64,000 nucleotides of DNA from Patescibacteria group bacterium (GTDB lineage: Bacteria > Patescibacteriota > Minisyncoccia > Phycocordibacterales > PALSA-1337). This document shows, one piece after another, positions 36,767 to 45,498 of the stretch. A program made the position numbers and the translations under genes. Position 1 is the stretch's first letter, and each line of letters begins with the position of its first letter. The stretch lies in contig JAZKDJ010000001.1 in the NCBI GenBank assembly GCA_040387635.1, positions 387,193 to 451,192 of the forward strand. Direction: 5' to 3'. The notes under the pieces were generated by a model. The model searched no databases. It was not told where the DNA came from and saw nothing but the letters and a program-made list of their open reading frames with translations.

Positions 36767-39331
36767 TTAATCGATATCTATTTCAACAACATCCTCTGCT
36801 GTGTTGAAGACCGCGTCTTGAGCCACTACCTTAACCATTATATGTCGGCCGTCATTAGGTACATCGCTTATTCGGAATACGTAGTTGGTTGTACCGTCTT
36901 CTTTAGATCCTAGGTACGTTCCATTTACAAAGAAATCGGCTTTTTTCAAGGCGAAGTTGCCTCTGTAGTTGAATGAAATCGAAACCATCTCATCCTCATC
37001 GAAGTTCTCACCATCATCAGGATTTGTGATCGAGATAGTTGGGCGATTTTTTGATGTATGAACATCGTCGGAGTCGTTAGGAATGATTAGTCGATCACTC
37101 TCACTAAAGTCTGGATTAGTAGCTCTCCATCCACCAAACCATTTTCGTACAGCTGTTTCCCAGTTGTTATATTGTGAATCACTAGCTGGATTTCTTGGGG
37201 CAGGACCTAATGGATCAGTCTTATCTACCCAATAAAGAATAGTGTGGACCTCGTTGAGGATAACTTCCTCACGTGTTTCTGCTGGAGTGAATTCAGTAGC
37301 TGTTTTTTGGGAGACAGTATCTCGGTAATAAGATTTACCACCTTTCCATACTCCTCGGAGGATTGGTTTAAGGTCGCTAGAAATCGGATCAGGTTCTTTG
37401 AATGTTTCATCAGGAAGCTTGTCTCGAATTTCATTCATGAACGCCGCCCAAACAGGCATGATGATGAGACCTGCGACCTTTCTCTGCATAGGGGAGTTGT
37501 CGTTGTTTCCAGCCCAAGCTCCTACAGCAACTGTTGGTGTATATCCTACAGCCCATACGTCTCGATAATCGTTGGTGGTACCAGTTTTGACCGCAATATC
37601 GCGGTGGATTGGGTTGAGGAGATCATTGATGTAAGGGAAGCGAGCCTGCTTGTCTGTGAGAATATCTGACACGATTCGAGCGGAGTTTTCAGGAAGGGCT
37701 TGAGTAGGATTATCTACAGCACTTTCAAGAACATTTCCATGAGAGTCTTCAATCTTTAGGATAAATCGATAAGGGTTTTTGATTCCATCGTTAGCGAATA
37801 CTCCATACGCGCTTGTAAGTTCTAGAAGTGAAACTTCGCCACCTCCAAGTACGAGAGTGAGACCATATCGGTCAGGATCTGTAAGGCTAGTTATACCCAT
37901 AGATTCAGCTGTTCGTATTGAGTCCTTGATTCCAGCTAGATATAGAGCCTTAACTGCAGGAATGTTCCTAGATTGAGCGAGAGCTCGTCTGATGGTAATA
38001 GGACCTTCGAATATATCGTCATAGTTGTTAGGTGAGTAACACTTTGCACCAGCTCTCTTTGGTGTGCTGTCAGGGTTACATTCTGAAGAAAACTCAGTCT
38101 TCACATCGAATAGAATAGTTTCAGATGTGTATCCTTTGTTGAAAGCTGTTGCATATACGAATGGTTTGAACGCGGAACCTGGCTGTCTCATAGCTGTTGC
38201 TACGTTGTAATTTCCTTCAATTTTTTTGTCGAAGTAATCACGAGATCCAACCATAGTAAGAAGATCTCCATTTCGAGGATCTACTGCAACGAGGGCTGTG
38301 TTGCTTGCTCCGAAGTTGTCTTGTAACGTTTTACTGAAATTAGTAATAACCTTCTCAGCTTTCTCCTGCATTTCAACATCAAGCGATGTTACTACTTTCA
38401 ATCCATCATTCTCTACAACATCCTCACCGAATTTTTCGATAAGGTAGTCGCGGATCATAAGAGAGAAGTGTGGGGCTCGGATTCCTGTCGCATTTTTTGC
38501 GAGGAATGTTACTTTTTCTCTTGATGCAGAATCGAATTCTTCGTTGGTAATGAAGTTATATTCCTTCATTTTCCTAAGCACTAGCTTCTGTCGGTCGTCC
38601 AAAACGTTTTTATGTGATCCATATGGAGACATGTACGAAGGAGCTTGGGGAAGAGCCGCCAAATACGCAGCCTCTGCTAGGGTTACATCATTTGCCTTCT
38701 TACCAAAGAAAAGCTTACTTGCTTCCTCAATTCCGTAGGTATTTCCTCCATAAGGTGTTTCGTTAAGGTACGTCTCAAAAATCTGCTCTTTTGTGAGAAC
38801 ATTTTCAAGTTTTATAGCCAAAACCCACTCTTTAATCTTTCGAGTGATGGTTCTGTCTTTGGTAAGGATTGAGTTTTTGATCACCTGTTGGGTAATCGTC
38901 GATCCTCCTTGGGTCAAACCTCCTGGTGTAAGGTTGGCAAGTACGGCTCTAATGATGGATTTTGGCTTGATTCCATGGTGGTTATAGAATTCAGCGTCTT
39001 CAATCGCTAGAGTAGCATTCTTGATATAGAGCGACATTTCACTGAATGGAATTATCGTTCTTTTGGCATCTGCATGGATGTCATACAGAAGAATCTCTCC
39101 GCTACGGTCATAAATCTTGGTAGATTGGGCCACTTTCCTCGTTTGGAAGGAGCTTAGGTCGGGTATTCTGAGCGACGCAAGCCAAATCAGCACTAGACCG
39201 GCGCAAAGTAATCCGAAGGATATGATGATTCTCGCAGCCTTCTTTATATTTCGCTTCTTGGAGTCGTGACGGTGGGGATGTTTGTGGGAAGCACTCTTAT
39301 GAACTGGTTTGAAAAAAAGCTTATGTAACAT
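36767..39331 (-). CDS. Class A penicillin-binding protein (PBP1A-type transglycosylase/transpeptidase)
   Basis: 854 aa with an N-terminal TM and GT51 motifs (AIEDAEFYNHHGI, GGSTITQQ, RKIKE). The transpeptidase motifs SAFKPF, SRN and KTGTT are present, plus a ~130 aa beta-rich C-terminal extension. Confidence 0.92.
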   Translation of the reverse strand: MLHKLFFKPVHKSASHKHPHRHDSKKRNIKKAARIIISFGLLCAGLVLIWLASLRIPDLSSFQTRKVAQSTKIYDRSGEILLYDIHADAKRTIIPFSEMSLYIKNATLAIEDAEFYNHHGIKPKSIIRAVLANLTPGGLTQGGSTITQQVIKNSILTKDRTITRKIKEWVLAIKLENVLTKEQIFETYLNETPYGGNTYGIEEASKLFFGKKANDVTLAEAAYLAALPQAPSYMSPYGSHKNVLDDRQKLVLRKMKEYNFITNEEFDSASREKVTFLAKNATGIRAPHFSLMIRDYLIEKFGEDVVENDGLKVVTSLDVEMQEKAEKVITNFSKTLQDNFGASNTALVAVDPRNGDLLTMVGSRDYFDKKIEGNYNVATAMRQPGSAFKPFVYATAFNKGYTSETILFDVKTEFSSECNPDSTPKRAGAKCYSPNNYDDIFEGPITIRRALAQSRNIPAVKALYLAGIKDSIRTAESMGITSLTDPDRYGLTLVLGGGEVSLLELTSAYGVFANDGIKNPYRFILKIEDSHGNVLESAVDNPTQALPENSARIVSDILTDKQARFPYINDLLNPIHRDIAVKTGTTNDYRDVWAVGYTPTVAVGAWAGNNDNSPMQRKVAGLIIMPVWAAFMNEIRDKLPDETFKEPDPISSDLKPILRGVWKGGKSYYRDTVSQKTATEFTPAETREEVILNEVHTILYWVDKTDPLGPAPRNPASDSQYNNWETAVRKWFGGWRATNPDFSESDRLIIPNDSDDVHTSKNRPTISITNPDDGENFDEDEMVSISFNYRGNFALKKADFFVNGTYLGSKEDGTTNYVFRISDVPNDGRHIMVKVVAQDAVFNTAEDVVEIDID

Positions 39332-39368
39332 ATCTTATAATTATACCAAATTATGCTAGTATAGGCTC

Positions 39369-40592
39369 ATGATGATCAGATTAACGGCCAACAAACCGGT
39401 TTTGGATCCACAAAGGATAGAAAGCTTCCTAACTAGGGGGGTTGAAAAGGTATTTCCTTCCACTGAAAATGTGAGGGATCGCATGCTTAAAGGTGAGAGA
39501 TTAACGATGTATTTGGGTATTGACCCTACAGGTCCAACTCTCCATTTGGGTCATTCCATTACTCTGAAGAAGCTCAAAGAGTTCCAAGAACTTGGACACC
39601 AAGTTATTTTACTTATCGGTGACTTCACAGGAATGATCGGCGATCCTACAGACAAGACAGCTGCTCGCAAAAAACTCACACGAGCCGAAGTTCTCAAAAA
39701 TGCAAAGCTTTATAAAAAGCAGGCAAGTGCTTTCCTTAAATTCTCGGGTTCGAACAAAGCTATCCTCAAATACAATTCAGCTTGGCTTTCTAAAATGAAA
39801 TTCAATGAGGTGCTCGAGCTCGCGTCTCTCATGACTGTTGATCAGATGCTTAAGAGAGATATGTTCGACAAGCGCGTTCAAGAAGGTAAACCTATTTATA
39901 TTCACGAATTCATGTACCCACTCATGCAGGGATATGATTCAGTCGCAATGGATGTTGATGGAGAAATTGGTGGTAACGATCAAACATTTAACATGCTCGC
40001 AGGTAGACATCTCATGAGAGTTGTTAAGGATAAAGAGAAATTTGTCATCGCATCAAAACTACTTGTTGATCCATCTGGTAAAAAAATGGGAAAGACTGAA
40101 GGTAACATGGTAAGTCTCGACCAGTCTGCTGGAGAAATGTTTGGAAAGATCATGTCGTGGACTGATGATTTAATTATTCCAGCTTTCGAACTTTGTACGT
40201 TTGTTTCTGATTCCGAAATTGCTGACATGAAAAAATCTATGGAAGCAGGAGCTAATCCTCGAGATCTCAAAGTGAAACTCGCTAAAGCTATCATCGCTAT
40301 CTACCACGGAGAACCTGCAGCTCTCAAAGCTGAAGAAGTTTTTGTAAGAACATTCGTTGAGAAAACATTTTCTGACGAAGCTGTAGAGATTACAACAACA
40401 TCTGGAACAAAACTTGGTGACATTGTGACCGAAGCAAAGATTGTAGAATCAAAAAGCGAATACCAGAGATTAGTGAAGCAGGGAGCCGTATCTGACTCAA
40501 ATGGCAACAAGATATCTGATATTCATTTCGCAGTCACTTCTCCTATAGATATTAAAATTGGAAAAAGAAAGTTCGTAAAAATAAAGCTGTAG
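39369..40592 (+). CDS. tyrS: Tyrosine--tRNA ligase
   Basis: 407 aa with HIGH-type HLGH, KMSKS-type KMGKT and a C-terminal S4-like domain. Confidence 0.92.
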   Translation: MMIRLTANKPVLDPQRIESFLTRGVEKVFPSTENVRDRMLKGERLTMYLGIDPTGPTLHLGHSITLKKLKEFQELGHQVILLIGDFTGMIGDPTDKTAARKKLTRAEVLKNAKLYKKQASAFLKFSGSNKAILKYNSAWLSKMKFNEVLELASLMTVDQMLKRDMFDKRVQEGKPIYIHEFMYPLMQGYDSVAMDVDGEIGGNDQTFNMLAGRHLMRVVKDKEKFVIASKLLVDPSGKKMGKTEGNMVSLDQSAGEMFGKIMSWTDDLIIPAFELCTFVSDSEIADMKKSMEAGANPRDLKVKLAKAIIAIYHGEPAALKAEEVFVRTFVEKTFSDEAVEITTTSGTKLGDIVTEAKIVESKSEYQRLVKQGAVSDSNGNKISDIHFAVTSPIDIKIGKRKFVKIKL

Positions 40593-40595
40593 GTT

Positions 40596-41369
40596 TTATT
40601 TTTTCTTAAGGTTTTCTTTGTCTTCAAAAGATTGCTCCCACATATACCAGAACCAAGTTCTGTAGCTTTCTGCTAAGTCTTTGCTGTGTACTACAAAGAA
40701 GGTTACGTCCTCACTGATTTTTCCAATAGCTAATCCTGTGTATGAGATTACGTAATCACCAAATATTTGTATTCCTGAATTGGTGGAATATTTCTCAGGA
40801 AGAAAACGGTATTTGAGGTCGCCAGGAAAATGGCGAGGGAATTGTGGAATTTGTTTTTTGACCTCGTCGTCGAAAAGTTGAATGAATTTAATTTTCTTTC
40901 TGTTGGCTTCTTTAAAGAAAGCAATTCGCCCAGTCTCAAGTCGTGGATCAAACCATCCTCCTTTTGCTCCGATAAAAAACGCATCTTCACCAACACGAAG
41001 AATGTCTCTCCAGACATTTTTTTGTCCTTCAAGGCCGCGATATAAATAAGCTTCTTCTGTTGTGAAGTTAGTATCAAATTTCTTTTTGAGGGAAGGGAGG
41101 ATGCTTAGGAGCTTCTCCTGCTTCTCAGCAACTAATTCAGTAAGCTTGTCTGGGTCAACAGCGTTATATTTATTTTCTCCTGACGAGACAATTTGAAAAC
41201 ACAAACCTTTATTGATAAGTCGCTGGATCACATCGTAAGCATTTCTTCGATGGATTTTTGCTACAAGTGCGATATCACTGATTGTTGATTCTCCTTGTTC
41301 CAAAAGAGACTCATAAATTTTTGCTTCATTTGGGCTTAGACCAAGTTCCTCTAGTATTGTTTGATTCAT
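40596..41369 (-). CDS. TrmB-family transcriptional regulator
   Basis: The internal start MNQTILEELGLSPNEAKIYESLLEQGESTISDIALVAKIHRRNAYDVIQRLINKGL is a wHTH of TrmB type, followed by a C-terminal effector-like domain. Confidence 0.75.
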   Translation of the reverse strand: MNQTILEELGLSPNEAKIYESLLEQGESTISDIALVAKIHRRNAYDVIQRLINKGLCFQIVSSGENKYNAVDPDKLTELVAEKQEKLLSILPSLKKKFDTNFTTEEAYLYRGLEGQKNVWRDILRVGEDAFFIGAKGGWFDPRLETGRIAFFKEANRKKIKFIQLFDDEVKKQIPQFPRHFPGDLKYRFLPEKYSTNSGIQIFGDYVISYTGLAIGKISEDVTFFVVHSKDLAESYRTWFWYMWEQSFEDKENLKKK

Positions 41370-41461
41370 ATAAATAGGGAGGTTGTATACTCCTTGTGGT
41401 GGTATTTGCCACTCCAGGACAAGACTATAGGATGACCCAAGAACAGTCAACTATTAGATCT

Positions 41462-42133
41462 ATGAAAACTCCATACATATTGTGGGTTGTGGTAATTCTT
41501 ATATTGCCAGGCTATTGCTTTGCCGCTTCCAAACCTGATCAATCATTGGATGTTCAGGCCCGTTTTCCTATAAACATCCAATACCTTAATCAGAATACTA
41601 ACCGTTTTATTAATGCTGGCGCGACGGTCAGACTTATATTCCCCGATGTTACAGCGAAAGATAATGAGACAGCGAGGTTGTATTTAGCTGGTCCACTTAT
41701 CTCATATGGAAAACAGGGAAGTACAGTGGAGCTCTTGGGTGGCGAACGGCACAATGAAGATGGCTTTCAAGATCCAATTGTTAACCTCAGACTTTTGGAT
41801 AGGAGTTTGCCTAGGCTCTACATCGGCGCTGATTTGATGCTATTTCCAAGAGAGGAGCGGCGGCGTCTGTATAGCTTATTCACTCTCGAGACTCCGCTTC
41901 TCATTGGTAGTTATCAAATGCGTTATGGTTTGGAATCCGATAACACTTTTTCTTTTGCGGGTAAGGAGGATTCAATTGGATTTGGACCACGTGTGGTATT
42001 TCCATTACCACTTCAGAAGATCTCCCAACATTTAACAGCCGCGCTTGCTGTGGGATACCAGGTTCGAAGTGGAAGTGATCCGGATTTTCTCCGGTGTTAC
42101 TTCACACTTACATATAGGTTGGGTAAAAAATAA
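41462..42133 (+). CDS. Hypothetical secreted protein with alternating beta-strand, OMP-like sequence
   Basis: The start is taken at MKTPYILWVVVILILPGYCFAAS (signal peptide). The rest shows alternating hydrophobic/polar strands (RLYLAGPLISYG, RLYIGADLMLF, LTAALAVGYQV, CYFTLTYRLGKK). Confidence 0.55.
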   Translation: MKTPYILWVVVILILPGYCFAASKPDQSLDVQARFPINIQYLNQNTNRFINAGATVRLIFPDVTAKDNETARLYLAGPLISYGKQGSTVELLGGERHNEDGFQDPIVNLRLLDRSLPRLYIGADLMLFPREERRRLYSLFTLETPLLIGSYQMRYGLESDNTFSFAGKEDSIGFGPRVVFPLPLQKISQHLTAALAVGYQVRSGSDPDFLRCYFTLTYRLGKK

Positions 42134-42158
42134 CTTGCCCCGTAAGACAAGTTACACA

Positions 42159-42190
42159 AAAGCCATCGGAATCATCCGGTGGCTTTTCTT
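42159..42190. terminator. Bidirectional hairpin terminator
   Basis: AAGCCATCGG-AATCAT-CCGGTGGCTT (10 bp including one G-U), flanked by A-rich sequence upstream and TTCTTATTT downstream. It sits between convergent genes. Confidence 0.6.
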
Positions 42191-42216
42191 ATTTAACATT
42201 CAAAGTAAAGGAAAAC

Positions 42217-42459
42217 CTATTCCTCCCACTTGTCGCCAAATGGGTTGATTTCTTCAGGGCTAAGGAGTTCGTCTTCCTCTTCTTCCGCCTTAACTGCCGC
42301 GGCTTCTTCCTCTTCCAAAAGGTCGTCTTCTTCCTCCGCTACTTCTAAGATAAGGTTTGGATCAAGGACCTTTTCATCATCTTTTACTTCTAGTTCCGCT
42401 GGCTTTACGTCCTCCTGCACTGGCTGCTTTTTTGGGTCTTGTGATTTCGATTTGGGCAT
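42217..42459 (-). CDS. Hypothetical hyper-acidic small protein
   Basis: 80 aa with a basic N-terminus (MPKSKSQDPKKQP) followed by Glu/Asp-rich sequence ending INPFGDKWEE. The mirror ORF on the + strand is Ser-rich low complexity. Confidence 0.45.
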   Translation of the reverse strand: MPKSKSQDPKKQPVQEDVKPAELEVKDDEKVLDPNLILEVAEEEDDLLEEEEAAAVKAEEEEDELLSPEEINPFGDKWEE

Positions 42460-42554
42460 ACTGGGTACGAAATAATTTAAAGTTTTAACAATTTTCAGCT
42501 ACAAATTCCGTTTCTGATTTTTAATTTGTAACAGAAGACCTTTTCTTTTGCAAA

Positions 42555-43052
42555 TTATGACGTCAGTTTTTGTGGAAAACTGCGCTCGTGGGCACTGCAT
42601 GTGAGTGCTGCGGCAATGGCATCGTACTCGTCATCGTACTTGATTGGCTTAGTTATTTTGACAAGCATGGGTATCATTTTAATCATCTGTTCCTTGTCGC
42701 TTTTACCATAGCCAGTGATGGTTAATTTAATCTGAAGCGGGCTGTATTCATAGACGGGAATCTTCTGTGATGCTGCTTTATAAATGATTACTCCACGAGC
42801 TTCAGATACTCCCATGGCTGTTTTCTGGTTGTTCTTGAAAAAAAGAGTTTCAATCGAAAGGGCATCTATCTGATATTGGCCAATTGTTTGTCCAATAGCA
42901 TCACCGATCATCACAAGCCTCTCTGAGAAGGGGAGTTTGGGAGGTGTTCTGAAGCAGTCTGAAAACAACAAGGTTTCTTTTTGTCCCGGCTGCTTGTTGA
43001 TGACTGCGATTCCTACTCTTTCATATCCTGGATCAATGCCGAGTATGTTCAT
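42555..43052 (-). CDS. ruvC: Holliday junction resolvase RuvC
   Basis: 165 aa: MNILGIDPGYERVGIAVI...EARGVIIYKAA...YSPLQIK...DEYDAIAAAL. Confidence 0.9.
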   Translation of the reverse strand: MNILGIDPGYERVGIAVINKQPGQKETLLFSDCFRTPPKLPFSERLVMIGDAIGQTIGQYQIDALSIETLFFKNNQKTAMGVSEARGVIIYKAASQKIPVYEYSPLQIKLTITGYGKSDKEQMIKMIPMLVKITKPIKYDDEYDAIAAALTCSAHERSFPQKLTS

Positions 43053-43059
43053 AGTTCGA

Positions 43060-43791
43060 TTATATCAGAGCTGAGGTTTCTGCGGTTCCTTTTGGAGTCT
43101 CTCTGTAGCCTTTGATGAAAACAACAATAGCCCATGTGAGTAGGAGGACAATTACTGGCCAACCTTGTGTTACTGCCCGTCCCATCATTGTCGCGAAGTT
43201 GAATACTATGATACCCCAAAGAATATTCCAGCAGATTGATGCAGTGGCAGCATATTGAAGGAACCTAGCAAAATTATATCGTGCGTTACCGCATGCTACA
43301 GATATGAAAGCTCCTAAGTTCGGATGCATGTACGAGGCGAGAATTGCCTTGTTGCCACTCCTTTGATACCAAGCCTCTGCTTGCTTCAGCCAAGTTTCCC
43401 CTCCAAACTTTTTGATTATTGAGTGTAATCCATAATAGCCGATGAAATAATTCACGACACCCGATAGAATAAAAGCAATCGTAGTTGTGAGTACTACGAG
43501 CGCTGCGCCTTTTGCGTCACCTTTCTCCGCGATCACACCAATCACAATGACAGCTGAACCAGGGAAGTAGATGTTTATGAGCACGAGCCCCTCGATAAAT
43601 GCCGCCAACCCCACAATCATAAGGCCATGGGTATCAAATAAATTTAAAATATAATTAAAAACATATTGCGGCTCAGGCATAGAGAATGCCCACCATACAA
43701 GTGATAGTAAAAGAAAAAGTCCCAAATAAATGAGTGGCGCAGCTGCGCTTACAAAGCCTTGCTTGATCTTAGCTTTTTTCTCTAACGTCAT
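43060..43791 (-). CDS. DedA/SNARE-associated family membrane protein
   Basis: The start is taken at MTLEKKAKIKQG because the longer track ORF overlaps the neighbouring gene in another frame. The protein is multi-TM, with FPGSAVIVIGVIAEKGD and GYYGLH typical of DedA. Confidence 0.7.
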   Translation of the reverse strand: MTLEKKAKIKQGFVSAAAPLIYLGLFLLLSLVWWAFSMPEPQYVFNYILNLFDTHGLMIVGLAAFIEGLVLINIYFPGSAVIVIGVIAEKGDAKGAALVVLTTTIAFILSGVVNYFIGYYGLHSIIKKFGGETWLKQAEAWYQRSGNKAILASYMHPNLGAFISVACGNARYNFARFLQYAATASICWNILWGIIVFNFATMMGRAVTQGWPVIVLLLTWAIVVFIKGYRETPKGTAETSALI

Positions 43792-43871
43792 AAATTGATT
43801 ATATAGCATACACAAAAGAAAAACTCCTTCCCGCAGCGTGCCAGGAAGGAGTGAGCAACCGACGAGCGCCG

Positions 43872-44759
43872 TCAATTGTTGAAACGTTTGGTGTATTCGG
43901 CGGCCATGCGGTAACGGGCAACTACTTTGTCGATGTCGCCGCCGTCGCGGAAGAACTGCTTGCTGAGGTCCACACCCTTTTTGTCGCGCACGCGGCAAGA
44001 TTCCGCGTCGATGACGTCAGCAATGATGACTTCTCCTTTTGCTGTGACGCCGGCTTCCACTTTGAAGTCCCAGAGATCACATTCCTGTTCACGCCAAGCT
44101 GCTTCGAGAGCTATGAAGGTTAGGATGGACTGCCGTTGGGCTGTGCCCAGGCGTTCAAAATCTTCAGGATCAGTGAACACCGCACTGAACGGAAGAGTGA
44201 GGAAGGGTTTACCTTCGTCAAAGACGACGCTTGCGTCGTGAAGGTGGATGACCTTCTTCTTCTCGTCGATAACCATCAACGGATCATCGTCAGGCAACTC
44301 ATGTTCACCCCAACGTTTGCCGGTGGTTTTGAGATAGGTCTCCGACACCAATTGTTCGAAATACGCGCCATCAGCCACAATTGGATTGCGTTTGGTAAAC
44401 GACCCTGTGCCCCTCCGCCGCACAACGAGCTCGAAGGGAAGCATGCGACAGGCAGGAGCTTCAAACCAACGATCCCCGCCTTTTCTCACGAAGGCCACGG
44501 GGATTCCGTCGCGCTTCAGTCGAGCGAAGACATTGCTGCTGATCTCGTTTGAAAGCACGCCTTTGCCTTCACCGACGGCTTTACGTCTGCCGTTGCCGGC
44601 AGTGACGTTATCCATCGAGAAGACGGCGACATTTCCTGGACTCTCTTCCAGGTCAATGATGAGCTTGGTTTTGCCGGTGGCAATACACCTCCCGCGGGGA
44701 AGTTCGTTAGGTTGGAATGATTTAAGGGTTTGCAATATAACTGTATTTTCCTCAGGCAT
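43872..44759 (-). CDS. purC: SAICAR synthetase (PurC)-family protein, divergent, with insertions
   Basis: 295 aa. GKTKLIIDL...MDNVTAGNGRRK...KGVLSNEISSNVFARLKRDGIPVAF...LPFELVVRRRGTGSF...DLWDFKVEAG..GEVIIADVIDAESCRVRDK aligns by eye to E. coli PurC (GKAKTVY...NDTSAGDG...KG..NNK...L..AGIPT...VPVECVVRN.AAGS...ILVDFKLEFG...GEVVLGDEFSPDGSRLWDK, recalled from memory). The gene is visibly G+C-rich. Confidence 0.7.
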   Translation of the reverse strand: MPEENTVILQTLKSFQPNELPRGRCIATGKTKLIIDLEESPGNVAVFSMDNVTAGNGRRKAVGEGKGVLSNEISSNVFARLKRDGIPVAFVRKGGDRWFEAPACRMLPFELVVRRRGTGSFTKRNPIVADGAYFEQLVSETYLKTTGKRWGEHELPDDDPLMVIDEKKKVIHLHDASVVFDEGKPFLTLPFSAVFTDPEDFERLGTAQRQSILTFIALEAAWREQECDLWDFKVEAGVTAKGEVIIADVIDAESCRVRDKKGVDLSKQFFRDGGDIDKVVARYRMAAEYTKRFNN

Positions 44760-44810
44760 GACAAAAAATTTGGTCTGCCCTCATACTATGCAATCAGTGG
44801 GTTAAGTCAA

Positions 44811-44846
44811 GAAAAGAAAACTCCCTGGAGAGGGAGTTTTCTTTTG
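44811..44846. terminator. Hairpin terminator downstream of yebC
   Basis: AAAACTCCCT-GGAG-AGGGAGTTTT (perfect 10 bp) with T-rich flanks on both strands. Confidence 0.7.
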
Positions 44847-44852
44847 ACGTAT

Positions 44853-45383
44853 CTACTCAGCATTCGTATATACCTCCTGCACCTCATCGTTATCCTCAAG
44901 TGCTTCCACGAGCGCTTGAAGTTTTGCGCCATCTTCGTCGTTTATAGGAATCATTGTCTGAGGTACCCAGCCTTCGTGAGTCTTGGTAAACGCCCATGAT
45001 GCGCTACCAGGAGCTGCGAGTTCGGAACCATTGCTTGAGAGAATGTGTTTTATTTCCTGAGCCGCTTTGTTCCTGTTGTCTGTAAGTGTATCAATAACGA
45101 TCGCAACACCACCTGGTCCGTATGCTTCGTATGTAATAGCTTCCATTGCTGCGCTGTTGTCGGCTGTGGCTTTTTTCACTGCTCGATCAATCGTGTCGTT
45201 GGGAACATTTTCCTTCTTAGCTTTCTCAATAGCTGTCACAAGTCCTGGAGATTTGAGATTACCTCCTGCTTTCTTTGCTTCAACAGTAATAAGTCGAACC
45301 ATCTTGGTGAAGGTTTTGCTTTTTTGCGCATCCGTCTTTGCTTTCTGGTGCTTAATTTTTGACCATTTGTTATGTCCTGACAT
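44853..45383 (-). CDS. yebC: YebC/PmpR-family protein (short variant)
   Basis: 176 aa: MSGHNKWSKIKHQKAKTDAQKSKTFTKMVRLITVEAKKAGGN...YEAYGPGGVAIVIDTLTDNRNKAAQEI...DEVQEVYTN. It is roughly 60 aa shorter than typical family members. Confidence 0.85.
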   Translation of the reverse strand: MSGHNKWSKIKHQKAKTDAQKSKTFTKMVRLITVEAKKAGGNLKSPGLVTAIEKAKKENVPNDTIDRAVKKATADNSAAMEAITYEAYGPGGVAIVIDTLTDNRNKAAQEIKHILSSNGSELAAPGSASWAFTKTHEGWVPQTMIPINDEDGAKLQALVEALEDNDEVQEVYTNAE

Positions 45384-45448
45384 GTGAATCTAAATTAAAG
45401 GTGATAAGGGCATTCTAAACAAAAAATAAAAGTTTTGCGAGGATCTTA

Positions 45449-45477
45449 TTGACTCAGTCGCTTGTAAGCAGTAAATT
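45449..45477 (+). promoter_or_regulatory. Putative promoter for the Clp_N-like gene
   Basis: TTGACT (45449-45454), a 17 nt spacer, then TAAATT (45472-45477), about 20 nt upstream of the ATG at 45499. Motif match only. Confidence 0.35.
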
Positions 45478-45498
45478 GCCAGTAGAAACGAGTTTTGT

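Noticed and set aside
42230-42475. 81 aa Ser-rich + strand ORF
   Set aside because: It is the antisense low-complexity frame of the acidic-protein gene. The minus-strand frame has a more protein-like head and tail, and the shared hairpin terminator lies downstream of it.
43851-44805. Several 62-139 aa ORFs on both strands overlapping the purC-like gene
   Set aside because: Long alternative-frame ORFs are expected in G+C-rich DNA. Only the 295 aa minus-strand frame shows family motifs.
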